From NCBI RefSeq assembly GCF_963921235.1, contig NC_086109.1, forward strand, positions 1,798,001 to 1,862,000: 64,000 bases of DNA, given 5' to 3'. The notes beneath the pieces were generated by a model, which made no database searches, was not told where the DNA came from, and saw only the letters and a list, made by a program, of their open reading frames with translations. Numbering within the stretch: the stretch's first letter is position 1; each line of letters starts with the position of its first letter. Source of the DNA: Mobula hypostoma. Its lineage: Eukaryota. Position numbers and translations under genes: made by a program. Positions 38,579 through 49,535 of the stretch are shown here, one piece after another.

Positions 38579-41500
38579 GTGAGTGAGACGCTGCGGAGGG
38601 GCCCGGGTTTCACCGGTTCCTGAAACACCCCTAATTACTGGCTGAGGGCAGATCCTGTGTGTTTCCCTGTTAACTGAGCCCCACTGACTGCCCGTGTCCA
38701 GAGCTGGGCTCACGGTCCCAGTGTAGTGAGGTTGAGTCAGTGTGAGTCTGGAGGACACACTCACCACATCCCCGGAGACTGGACCAGAGGCTGTGAAGCA
38801 TCGAACTGTCAATGGGGAACCTCGTGACTCCGAGGCTGGAGGAGCTGTGCAGATGGGGAACAGGGAACGGGAGATAGGCTAATATGGTGGAAGGGACTGG
38901 TGGACGGGCTAAACAGTCTATATCTGTGGGTCAGTTAAACAGATCCCTCTGTATCCCCAGGTCAAAGGCCTGGTCTTTCATGTTCAGGGATCCCATTTTC
39001 AGAGGCACTGCTTGTTAATTCCCCAGACTGAGGTCTGAGCTCAGCAAGGTGTTTATTCCTCAGCCTTCATGCTGTGCTGTGCTGAGTGAGACCCTGTGTG
39101 TTCATTACACTGAATATAATGTCCCAGTGAGTGACACAGTACACGGACACAACAGTACACTCACACACAGCAATATGGTTCCTGACTCACTCCAACAGTA
39201 ATATCACATTCACAATAATCTCACTCAGCAACGTCTGCCTGAGAAATCTCCTCCACCTCAGGTTTAACGGGTCCCATTGGAGGGAGGAGAATGTCAGAAC
39301 ATGGGGAATGGAACATCAGAGGAACAGCTCCTCAGCTCATGACGTGCTGCCAAACTCATTGCTAATGGAACCCAGTTAAGCTAATCCCTTCTGACTGTTC
39401 GTGCTCCATATGCCTTTATTCTCTAGACATTCATGTGTGTATCTGACAGTCTCTCAAAAATCTCTCTGGCCTTTGCCTCTATCACCACTCCTGGCAGCCC
39501 ATTTCAGGCTCCCACCACTCTCTGTGTAAAGAAAAACTTGCCCTGCACATCTCCTTTGAATTTACCCCTGTCACTTTAAAGGAACCATCTCTGGTATTAG
39601 AGACTTTTTATTTGAGATACAGCAGGGAATAATCCCTTCCGGGACTTTGAGCCATGCAACCCAGAAATCCCTGAATTTAACCCTAGCCATGAGAATTATC
39701 TCGGCAATGAAAGGGTTCTTCCAGGGTTGTATCTCTCATCTCTATGGGTCTGTTGCTGGTGCAGTTTATCTTTATCTCTTCTGTTTCATCTCCGTTTGGT
39801 CTCAGAGCCAACGTGGTGGAGTTAGCGGTCAAGAGTGCTGATTTCTCTTCCATCTGTTGGTTCGAACTAAACAGCAGGGTGATGTTGTCTGCAAACTCTT
39901 AGTGATCAAGTTGCTGCCACATAGTCCACTGGATCCATTTCATTTTTCACTTGTTGTCTGTTTCATTATCTAGTTTGTTGCCAACAGGAACAGGAAAGGA
40001 CCCAAACATTCCAGCTCCACCCCAGTGTTGACATTGAAGCTTTCTGCCAGTTTTCCCACATGTATGACTTTGCATGACATGTTGTAGAGTTCCTAAAGAT
40101 ATTGACAAATTTCTGTGATATTCCATAATGTTTCATCAGTTTCCATATGGTGTTTGTGTCTAAGTATCGAAGGTTTTGTTGTAGTGATGAAGTTGACATA
40201 GAGAGAAATATTCCATTGTTCTCAAAGGTTCAAAACTCACCTTTCTTTGGAAGCTTTATTTGGGAAACACATAGGGGAGAGATGTTGAGGCTGAAATTAG
40301 ATGATGCGGACACGCCTGGTCCAACCTCGAGATCTGGCTCAGCATAGAGGGTGATGGAGATGGGAGTTCATTGATAGCCTATGCTTCTTTGCGAGGTAAG
40401 GGCCCAAGAAGATGAAAGAGTTAATAATTGATTGCTCTGGGCCTGTAGATTTGGAGAATGACAAGGGGTTGTGTGGTGGAATATCATTGAAACCCATTGA
40501 AAGAGGCTGCAAAGGATTGTAAATTGTAAATTTAGTCAGCTCTGTCTTGGGTACTAGCCTACAAAGTACCCAGGACATCTTCAAGGAGCGGGGTCTCAGA
40601 AAGGCAGCGTCCAGTATTAAGGCCCTCCAGCACCAAGGGCATGCCCTTTTCTCGCTGTTACCATCAGGCAGGAGGTACAGACGCCTGAAGGCACACACTC
40701 AGTGATTCAAGAACAACTTCTTCCCTTCTGCCGTCTGATTTCTAAATGGACATTGAACCAGTGAGCACTACCTTACTTTTTAAAATATATTTATTTCTGT
40801 TTTTGCACTATTTAAATCTATTCTATATCGATATACGTAAATTAATTCACTTATTTATTATTATTATTTTATTTGTTTTTCTTCTCCTTCTATATTACGT
40901 ACTGCATTGAACTGCTGCTGCTAAGTTAACTAATTTTACGACCCATGCCGGTGATAATAAACCTGATTCTGATTCTGAATATTGAAAGACCGAAACAGAT
41001 GGACTTGGAGAGGATGCTTCAAATGGGGGGTGTGCCTTTGACCACAGGGTACAGCCTCAAAACACAATGATGTCCCTTTGAAACAGAAATGCCCCTCCTC
41101 TTCCCCTTCTCCCATTACCCTCTGTTCTCTCCTATCAGATACCTTCTTCTCCAGCCCCTTTCCTTTCTCTGATGAAGGGTCTCGGCCCGAAACATCGACT
41201 GTTCACTCTTTTCCATAGATACTGCCTGGCATTCTGAGTTCCTCCAGCATTTTGTGAGTGTTGTTTGGATTTCCAGCATCTTCAGATTTTCTCATCTTTA
41301 TCTTTCCCCACCCACCTGACCACCCACCATCTTCCAGCCAGTTCTCCTTCCTCTCCCCCCACAGGAAGCTAGAACCAAAGATACCCCATTTACTAAAAGT
41401 TGACAATAACAGGTGATAATTCAAATATAAACTCAAACAAACAAAGCTAAAACCACAAGAAAAAGGACAATTAAAAAATAAAGATTGTAGACCTTAATCC

Positions 41501-41971
41501 GACAACGTCACTGTGAAGAACCAGTGGTCAGGGTCAGCCGAGAGGACCAGTGCCACAGTCGACCTCTGCAGAAGGACAGGGTGGACGAGCTTCATTCTGT
41601 ACATGACCTGTGCACTGGGAGTGGGTGAAGGGACAGTGTAGACGGTGATTTCCCGTATTCCCTCATTGTGTTCACTCTCTCCAAACACTACAAACCTTTT
41701 CTCCAGACTGGAGCCCATTTGCCATGTCTCTGCCTCCCTGTCATGACCATCGATATCTGGCTGCAGGCTGCAACTCCCTTCCTCAGGGCCGGGTGTGGAG
41801 TGTCTTCACTCTGTTCCCCCGGTGGTCTCACTGTGTGATGGAGGAACTGTGTGCCAGGTCTCTCTCAGGGTCAGAAGTCAGATGATGGGCCGCATGGCCT
41901 GCTCCTGTAACTGTGATCCTCCCGGCTCTGATTCTACAGTTACTGAATTCACCTGCTGACTGTCTCCTCAG

Positions 41972-42292
41972 CTGGGACTGGGGATTCCCCGACCACTGTG
42001 AATGGAACACGGGGACAGTCGGTCTCCTTACATCCTGGGATCCCAGTCGGACTGGACGTTGTTGAGCTTGTGTGGAGACGGTTGTCACCCAGGATGAAGA
42101 TAGTGACATATTCAAACAAGATCAGTGACTATTACGGATCTGAGGAGTACAAGCGACGGATAACTCTTCATCCCGGGAGCTTCAGTCTGGAAATCCGTGA
42201 TCTACGGAGAGAAGACACTGGTGATTATGAGGTGAGTGTCACAGCAAGTTCAGGAGCACAGACTCAGAACAAAATGCGACTGGATGTGTACG
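41972..42292 (+). CDS. Ig V-set exon A3
   Basis: 321 nt, phase 1-1, open frame, intact AG/GT. Confidence 0.9.
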
Positions 42293-43029
42293 GTGAGTGA
42301 GATGCTGCGGAGGGGCCCGGGTTTCATCAGTTCCTGAAACACCCCCAGTTAATGGGTGAGGGCAGATCCTAGAGGTGTACGATGAGTGAGACACCACGGT
42401 GGGGGGGCGGCAGGAGAGCAGGTTTTACCGGTTCCTGAAACACCCCTAATGTGTGGGTGAAGGCAGATCCTGTGTGTTCCCCTGTTTACTGAACCCCACT
42501 GACTGCCCGTGTCCAGAGCTGGGCTCACGGTCCCAGTGTAGTGAGGCTGAGTCAGTGTGAGTCTGGAGGACACACTCACCACATCCCCGGAGACTGGACC
42601 AGAGGCTGTGAAACATCGAACTGTCAATGGGAAACCTCGTGACTCTGAGGCTGGAGGAGCTGAGCAGATGGGGAACAGGGAACGGGAGATAGGGAGATGA
42701 TCTGGTGGGAGGGACTGGTCGATGGGCCGAACAGTCTATATCTGTGGGTCAGTTAAACAGATCCCTCCGTATTCCCAGGTCAAAGTCCTGGTCTGTCATG
42801 TTCAGGGATCCCATTTTCAGATGGCACTGCTTGGTAATTCCCCAGACTGAGGTCTGAGCTCAGCAAGGTGTTGATTCCTCAGTCTTCATGCTGTGCTGTG
42901 CTGAGTGAGACCCTGTGTGTTCATTACACTAATATAGTGTCCCAGTGAGTGACACAGTACACGGACACAACAGCACACTCACACACACCAATATGGTTCC
43001 TGACTCACGGAAACAGTAATATCACTTTC

Positions 43030-46000
43030 ACAATAACTGGGGCAGAACGGGCTGGCAACCCAATCTGTGTCATCTGAGAGGAGGACCCCCACAAAAGCTC
43101 GATGAATCGAAGGGAATGATACCCCCGGGGTGCCCGAGAGGTGGGGGGGGTGGAGGATGAGCAACCCAGTCGGACAGACACAATGGGATCAGAACCAGGC
43201 GATGAACGAACGACTATGAGTAAACACAAAATACTCTGCAGATGCTGGAGTCAAAGCAACACTCACAACACGCTGAAGGAACTCAGCAGGTCGGACAGCA
43301 TCCGTGGAAACGATGAGTCAATGTTTCGGGCGGGAACCCTTCATCAAGATTGAAGAGAGAAGGGGCAGAGGCCCTATAAAGAAGGTGGGGGAGGGTGGGA
43401 AGGAGAAGGCTGGTAGGTTCCAGGTGAAAAACCAGTAAGGGGAAAGATAAAGGGGTGGGGGAGGGGAAGCAGGGAGGTGACAGGCAGGAAAGGCGAAGAA
43501 AGAATAGGGGAAAACACAATGGGTAGTAGAAGGAGGTGGAACCATGAGGGAGGTGATAGGCAGCTGAAGGGGGGGGGGCAGAGTGAAATTTGGATAGGGA
43601 AAGTGAGGGGGCGGGAATTACCGGAAGTTGGAGAATTCTATATTCATACCAAGGGGCTGGAGGCTACCTAGACGGTATATGAGGTGTTGCTCCTCCAACC
43701 TGAGTTTAGCCTCATCATGGCAGTAGAGGAAGCCATGTATGGACATATCCGAATGGGAATGTGAAGCAGAGTTGAACTAGGTGGCTACCGGGAGATCCTG
43801 TCTGTTGTGGGGACGGAGCAGAGGTGCTCGATGAAGCAGTCCCCCAATCTGTGTCAGGTTTCACCGATGTAGAGGAGGCCGCACCGGGAGCACCAGATGC
43901 AATAGATGACCCCAACGGACTCACAAGTGAAGTGTTGCCTCACCTGGAAGGACTGTTTGGGGCCCTAAATGGTGGCAAGAGAGGAGGTGTAGGGACAGGT
44001 GATGAAGATGTCAACCAAATTCCGGAGGCAATGGTGAAGGGAGGGGTCGATAGGAAGCTACAAGCCATGACAACAGTCATTGTCAGCATCGCAGCGGAAC
44101 GGTTCGGAGAAGAGGAGAAGGAAGGCTCCAATACACTTTACTCGAAGAACCGAAGAGCATTGAGGATCCACAACATCAGGCAGGAGATGAAAGTGCTGAA
44201 GTCCCAATAGAAGGAGGCAGGAGAAGAGGAACGCATTGGCTTGGCCCAGCTGATGTGCATACTACGAAAGAAGATCAGGGTCCTCTGCTGGGCAGAGTGG
44301 CATCGGAGGCGTCGTTGTGAAAGGGCCCGAAAACGTGCTACCTTTATCGCCAACCCCTTCAAGTTCACCAAGGAGTTGCTGGGGGAGAAGCGCACTGGGA
44401 AACTGGCCTGTTCGCAGGAAGACATAGACCAACATCTGAAGAAGATATATAATGATCCTGAAAGAGAGCAGGAGTTGGGGGAGTGCGACATCCTAATAGT
44501 CCCACCTGAACCGGATGTGCAGTTCGACATGTCAGAGCTGCAACTAAAGGAAGTCAGAGAGGTCGTCCGCAAAGCAAGGGCAAGCTCGGCTCCAGGACCA
44601 AGCAACACCTCGTACAAAGTGTACAAAAACTGCCCCAAACTCCTGCTGCGTCTGTGGAAGATCCTGAGAATCTTCTGGAGAAGGGGGAAGATCCCAGAAC
44701 AGCGGAGAGTGGCTGAAGGGGTGTGGATCCCGAAGGAGGAAAATGCCACCCAGATAGACCAGTTTCACATCATCTCCCTGCTGTGTGTCGAGGCGAAGAT
44801 CTTCTTCAGTGCAGTTTCTAACCGGCTGTGTACCTACCTAGCAAAGAACACCTACATTGATACATCAGTCCAGAAGGGTGGCATTTCAGGGATGCCAGGC
44901 TGTCTGGAGCACATCGGTGTGGTGACACAGCTCATCAGGGAGGCCAGAGAGAACAAGGACAACCTGTCAGTGTTGTGGCTCGACCTGGCAAATGCATATG
45001 GCTCCATTCCGCACAAGCTGGCGCAGCTCACATTGACCAAATATCACGTCCCCAGCAGAGTCAGAGACCTTATCACTGATTATTACAGCAACTTCAGGAT
45101 GAGGGTCTCTTCAGGAGCAATTACATCAACCTGGCGCAAGATGGAGGTCGGCATCATAACAGGGTGCACTATCTCAGTGACACTGTTCTCCCTAGCCATG
45201 AACATGCTCACTAAGTCTGCTGAACCAGAGTGCAGAGGGCCCAGAATGAATTCCACTCAACGGCAACCACCTATCAGGGCATTCAGGGATGAGCTCACAG
45301 TCACCACAGAATCAGTCCCAGGCTGCCGGTAGATTCTGCAGGGGCTCGAAAAGCTGGTGGAGTGGGCCCGGATGCCTTTCAAACCTGCCAAATCAAGATC
45401 GATGGTGCTGAGGAAAGGGAAGGTGGAGAACAAGTTCCGGTTCAGCATCGCAGGCACAGCCATCCCAACCATCACAGAAAAGCCAGTCAAGAGCTTAGGC
45501 AAAGTTTTTGACAGCTCTTTAAGGGACACAACATCCACTCAGGCAACCTGCACCGAGTTGGATGGCTGGCTGAAATCTGTGGACAAGTCTGGCCTACCTG
45601 GGAAGTTTAAAGCCTGGGTGTATCAGCATGGCATTCTTCCCAGAATCTTGTGGCCCCTCCTCTTCTATACAGTTTCGATCTCGACAGTCGAAACCTTAGA
45701 GAGGAGGGTTAGCAACCACCTCAGGAGATGGCTGGGGCTGCCAAAGAGCCTGAGCAGCATCGCACTCTATGGACACCACAACAAACTGCAACTGCCGTTC
45801 AAATCCTTGGAGGAAGAATTCAAGGTAACTAGTGCCAGAGAAGTGCTACAGTATAGGGACTCAAGTGACCCGAAGGTGGCCAGAGCAGGGATCTAAGTAA
45901 GTACTGGCAGGAAGTGGAGGGCAGAGGAAGCTGTTCAGGAGGCAGAGGCGAGTCTGCGTCACAGGAGGCTGGTGGGAATGGTCACACGAGGCCGAGCTGG

Positions 46001-46520
46001 GCTAGGATCCTTTCCAACTCCCCAAATGGACACCAGAGGGAAGGAAAGGTGTCGTCTAGTTCAGGAGGAGGTGAGAGCAGTAGTGGAGGAGATGAGAGCC
46101 TGCAAGGCGGTGGGAATGAAGCAACAGGGAGCTTGGACAAGATGGGAGAATGCAGTTGAGCAGAAAGTGAATTGGGCTGAGCTTTGGGAAGCCGAACCAC
46201 ACTGCATCCAATTTCTCAACCAGATAGTGTACGATGTGCTTCCAAGCCCATCAAACCTGCACACATGGGGCAAGGCAGAGTCATCTGCATGCCCACTGTG
46301 CTCCAAGCGAGGAACCCTGGAGCACATCCTCAGCGGCTGCGCAAGGGCACTCGGTGAGGGACGGTACCGATGGAGGCATGATCAGGTCCTGAAGACCATC
46401 GCTGAAGCCATTAGTGCAGGAGTTGAGTGAGCGAAGCGGTCCCGACCCTCCAAGCAGACCATTGCCTTTGTCAGAGCTGGGGAGCAGCCAATACCTGCCA
46501 AAAGAACATCAGAATAGACC
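43030..46520 (+). mobile_element. Hero-like RLE-class non-LTR retrotransposon, inactivated and interrupted
   Basis: One continuous frame from ~44000 to 46500 with RT motifs (WLDLANAYGSIPH, GIITGCTISV, FRDELTV) and a CCHC knuckle (CPLCSKRGTLEHILSGC...RWRHDQVL). The endonuclease C-terminus is truncated. The clade call is from recalled motif similarity. Confidence 0.8.
43230..43995 (-). mobile_element. Penelope 3' portion (GIY-YIG remnant plus terminal hammerhead-like motif at ~43316-43351) inserted in the Hero-like element
   Basis: Reverse complement of the 61070-61740 type sequence. Minus-strand motif CAATC-TTGATGA-AGGGTTCCCGCCC-GAAACATT-GACTC. Confidence 0.8.
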
Positions 46521-46530
46521 CTTCTGGGAT

Positions 46531-46965
46531 TTGAACCACACTGCAAAGCTTGTCCAGGAACTGGATTCTCTGACTGTGGTGTCTGAAAAGAGGATGCTGT
46601 CCAAGTTGCATGCCATCTTGGACAATATCTCCCATCCACTACATAATGTATTGGTTGGGCACAGGAGTACATTCAGCCAGAGACTCATTCCACCGAGATG
46701 CAGCACAGAGCGTCATGGGAAGTCATTCCTGCCTGCGGCCATCAAACTTTACAACTCCTCCCTTGGAGGGTCAGACACCCTGAGCCAATAGGCTGGTCCT
46801 GGATTTATTTCCTGGCATAATTTACATATTACTATTTAACTATTTATGGTTTTATATTGCTATATTTGTACTCTATTCTTGGTTGGTGCAACTGTAACGA
46901 AACCCAGTTTCCCTCGGGATCAATAAAGTATGTCTGTCTATCTATCTATCTATCTATCTATCCAT
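46531..46965 (+). mobile_element. Rex1/Babar-like LINE 3' end with (TCTA)n tail, truncating the Hero-like ORF
   Basis: Near-identical to 5411-5770. Confidence 0.8.
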
Positions 46966-48362
46966 CTATCCATATCATAATCCTTTCACAAAGAAAATCA
47001 CTACAGTCCACTGAAATCCAAACTCTCCCCCATTTTCCAGTGTTGCCTTCAGCTGTTCTTTTTGACTTTTCCTCCCATAATCCCAGCTCAACAAGACAGC
47101 TCCTCTCTGTGTCCGATCTCAGGAGTGTGTGGAACAGCGCGGAATGAACAAGGATTCTGTGTTTTACTCGTAACTTCTTCCGGTTAAGATGGTGCTGGTG
47201 AACCTCTGCGATCTCTGGGTGGCAGTTAACAAAACAAGGACAGCAACTAAATACTTTGTTAACCACACTTCTGGCAAACGATCTTCACAGTAGTCTGTAA
47301 CTTCTGTTTGGGGTTGGAGGCAATTCGAGGCGGCGGAGCCGAGGCGAGGCGAGGCGGTGGACCCATTGCCGACAGCGTGGGAAATCAAGAAAGATCAGGC
47401 ACGGGCGGAATCGAAACTGCATGGTCAAGGCACCAGACGTGACTGAGCACAATCTACGGACGGAGATTTACGGGCCGAATCAATGCCACGGGGTCAGGCA
47501 CCAGACACAACTAAGCATGATCTTTGGATGGAGATTTGCAGGAGAATTGAAGTGGTAGAAAAGGTCAGGTTGTTGAGGCCTGAGGCAAGGCTTGGGCAAC
47601 CTCAGATGTTGCGATGGAGAGTTACGCTCCGAGCCAGATTGGAAACGTCAGGGTGTCAGAAAGGTCTGGGTGACGGGGACCGAGGTGAGGTTCGGGCTGA
47701 TTAAGGTCGCTGCTCCACAATGTTTACATGGCTCTACACTAAAGTATGGGACTCTCTTGCAGACCTCAGTTCAGAAACACGACTGGCTTGCAGTTACTGT
47801 TTACATGATGGATTGTTTCTATTGCACATTGAGTATTCGACGGTCTTTTTTCATATCGGTGTGTTTGTTTTTGTGTTTCTTTGTCTCGTGGCTGCCTGTC
47901 AGGAGATGAATCTGGAGGTTCTATAATGTATGCACATTTTGATAAACTGTACTTTGTACTTTGAACTTTAATTGGGGATAGAGTCAGGGATACAGGGTGA
48001 TGGAGAGGGGTTTCTGTGGGAAGGTGTGAGGGAGTTGGATTAACATCAATTGAGATACAGTCAGCGATACAGGGCACTGTGGGAGTGTGGTTACCAAGTG
48101 ACAGTGTGAAGGAACTTGTTTAACATCAGTGGAGATACAGTTGGTGACATTGTTGGCTGTGATTTAAGGGGAGTGATGTGAGGATGATTGGAACTGGGAG
48201 TGTGGGAATGGGATTAATTCTGTAATCCTTTCTCTCCATCCCCCTCCCCCTTCATGTTGGGGAGTTTTATCTGGCCTGTGGTGAGAGGGAGCAGATCCAT
48301 CGATTCCTTGTCACTGGGTGTATGAGGATGGGATTAATCACAAAATATTTTTTCCTCCCCAG

Positions 48363-48515
48363 ATCCTGCTGACAGATCGTCACCCGCTGCTTGGATCATT
48401 CCTGTCCTTGTGATACTCATTCTGCCCCTTGTGTGTTGCTATATATATAGAAAGAGGGAGTATCTTCACTCACACTGGGACAAACGTATGGGAAAGAAAT
48501 CCGGTACATCTGACG
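48363..48515 (+). CDS. Transmembrane exon TM1: (D)PADRSSPAAWIIPVLVILILPLVCCYIYRKREYLHSHWDKRMGKKSGTSD
   Basis: Acceptor TTTTTTCCTCCCCAG, phase 1 matching the V exon ends, 19-aa hydrophobic stretch followed by RKR, donor G|GTAGGT at 48516. Confidence 0.8.
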
Positions 48516-48560
48516 GTAGGTGTCTCCCCCCCAACCCCCCGCCACCCCCACCAGTGCCAG

Positions 48561-48735
48561 ATTATAGATCGTCACACACTGGTTGTATAATTCCCATTGT
48601 GATACTCAGTTTGATCATTGCGTGTGTCGTATTGCATATAATCCGGGGTCATCTTTGCTCTGTAAACTCTGGCATCATTGTCACTCATGCAAGTCCACCC
48701 CAATGGGAAAGGCATCAAGAAGGATACATATGGCA
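48561..48735 (+). other. In-frame duplicate of the TM exon (TM2: DYRSSHTGCIIPIVILSLIIACVVLHIIRG...), homologous donor apparently lost
   Basis: Shares AGATCGTCAC, ATTCC, TGTGATACTCA and ATGGGAAAG blocks with TM1 at a ~192-nt offset. Preceded by CCAG in phase 1. Confidence 0.65.
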
Positions 48736-48739
48736 ATGG

Positions 48740-49455
48740 GGAGGGGCAGTGGGAACAGGGAGGAGGAGGGGAGGTTCTGGGAGAGTAGGGAGGAGGAGGG
48801 GAGGATCTGTGGGCATAGGGAGGAGGAGGGGAGAGTCTGGGAGAGCGGGGAGGAGAAGGAGAGGGTCTGGGGGAGTAGGGAGGAAGAGGGGGGTCTGGGT
48901 GAGCAGGGAGGAGGAGGGGAAGGTCTGGGAGAGTAGGGAGGAGGAGGGGAGAGTCTGGGAGAGTGGGGAGGAGAAGGGGAGGGTCTGGGGGAGTAGGGAG
49001 GAGGAGGGGGGTCTGGATGAGCAGGGAGGAGGAGAGGAGGGTCTGGGAGAGTAGGGAGGAGGAGGGGAGGGTCTGGGGGAGTAGGGAAGAGGAGGGGGGG
49101 TCTGGGTGAGCAGGGAGGAAGAGGGGGGTCTGGGTGAGCAGGGAGGAGGAGGGGAGGGTCTGGGAGAGTAGGGAGGAGGAGGGGAGGGTCTGGGGGAGTA
49201 GGGAAGAGGAGGGGAGGGTCTGGGGAGGAGGAGTGGAGGGTCTGGGAGTGTAGGGAGGAGGAGGGGTGGGTCTGGGGGAGTAGGGAGGAAGAGGGGGGTC
49301 TGGGTGAGCAGGGAGGAGGAGGGGAGGGTCTGGGAGAGTAGGGAGGAGGAGGGGAGGGTCTGAGAGAGTAGGGAGAAGGAGGGGAGGGTCTGGGGAGTAG
49401 GGAGGAGGAGGTGAGGGTCTGTGGGAGCAGGGAAGAGGAGGAGTGGAGGGGCTGA
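48740..49455. repeat. G/A-rich minisatellite, ~30 bp unit GGGAGGAGGAGGGGAGGGTCTGGGAGAGTA
   Basis: More than 20 tandem variant copies. Confidence 0.96.
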
Positions 49456-49535
49456 GGCAGTGGATTAGAGGGGTGTATGTGTCGATCAGGAAAGGCACTG
49501 ACGGGGCCTGCTCACCTCTGCTCTCTGTCCCACAG

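Noticed and set aside
30348-42292. Rearranging Ig/TCR V segments
   Set aside because: The domains lack both canonical cysteines, include their own G strand and end in splice donors. I saw no CACAGTG-12/23-ACAAAAACC recombination signal after any exon.
44208-46430. APOBEC-type G-to-A hypermutation of the Hero-like element (stops at probable Trp codons)
   Set aside because: There are only four stops, TGG-to-stop transitions are common under neutral decay, and no consensus was available to test context bias.
48740-49455. Ig class-switch (S) region analogue
   Set aside because: It is G-rich but lacks dense AGCT motifs, and there are no constant-region genes. It is kept only as a G4/R-loop-prone VNTR.
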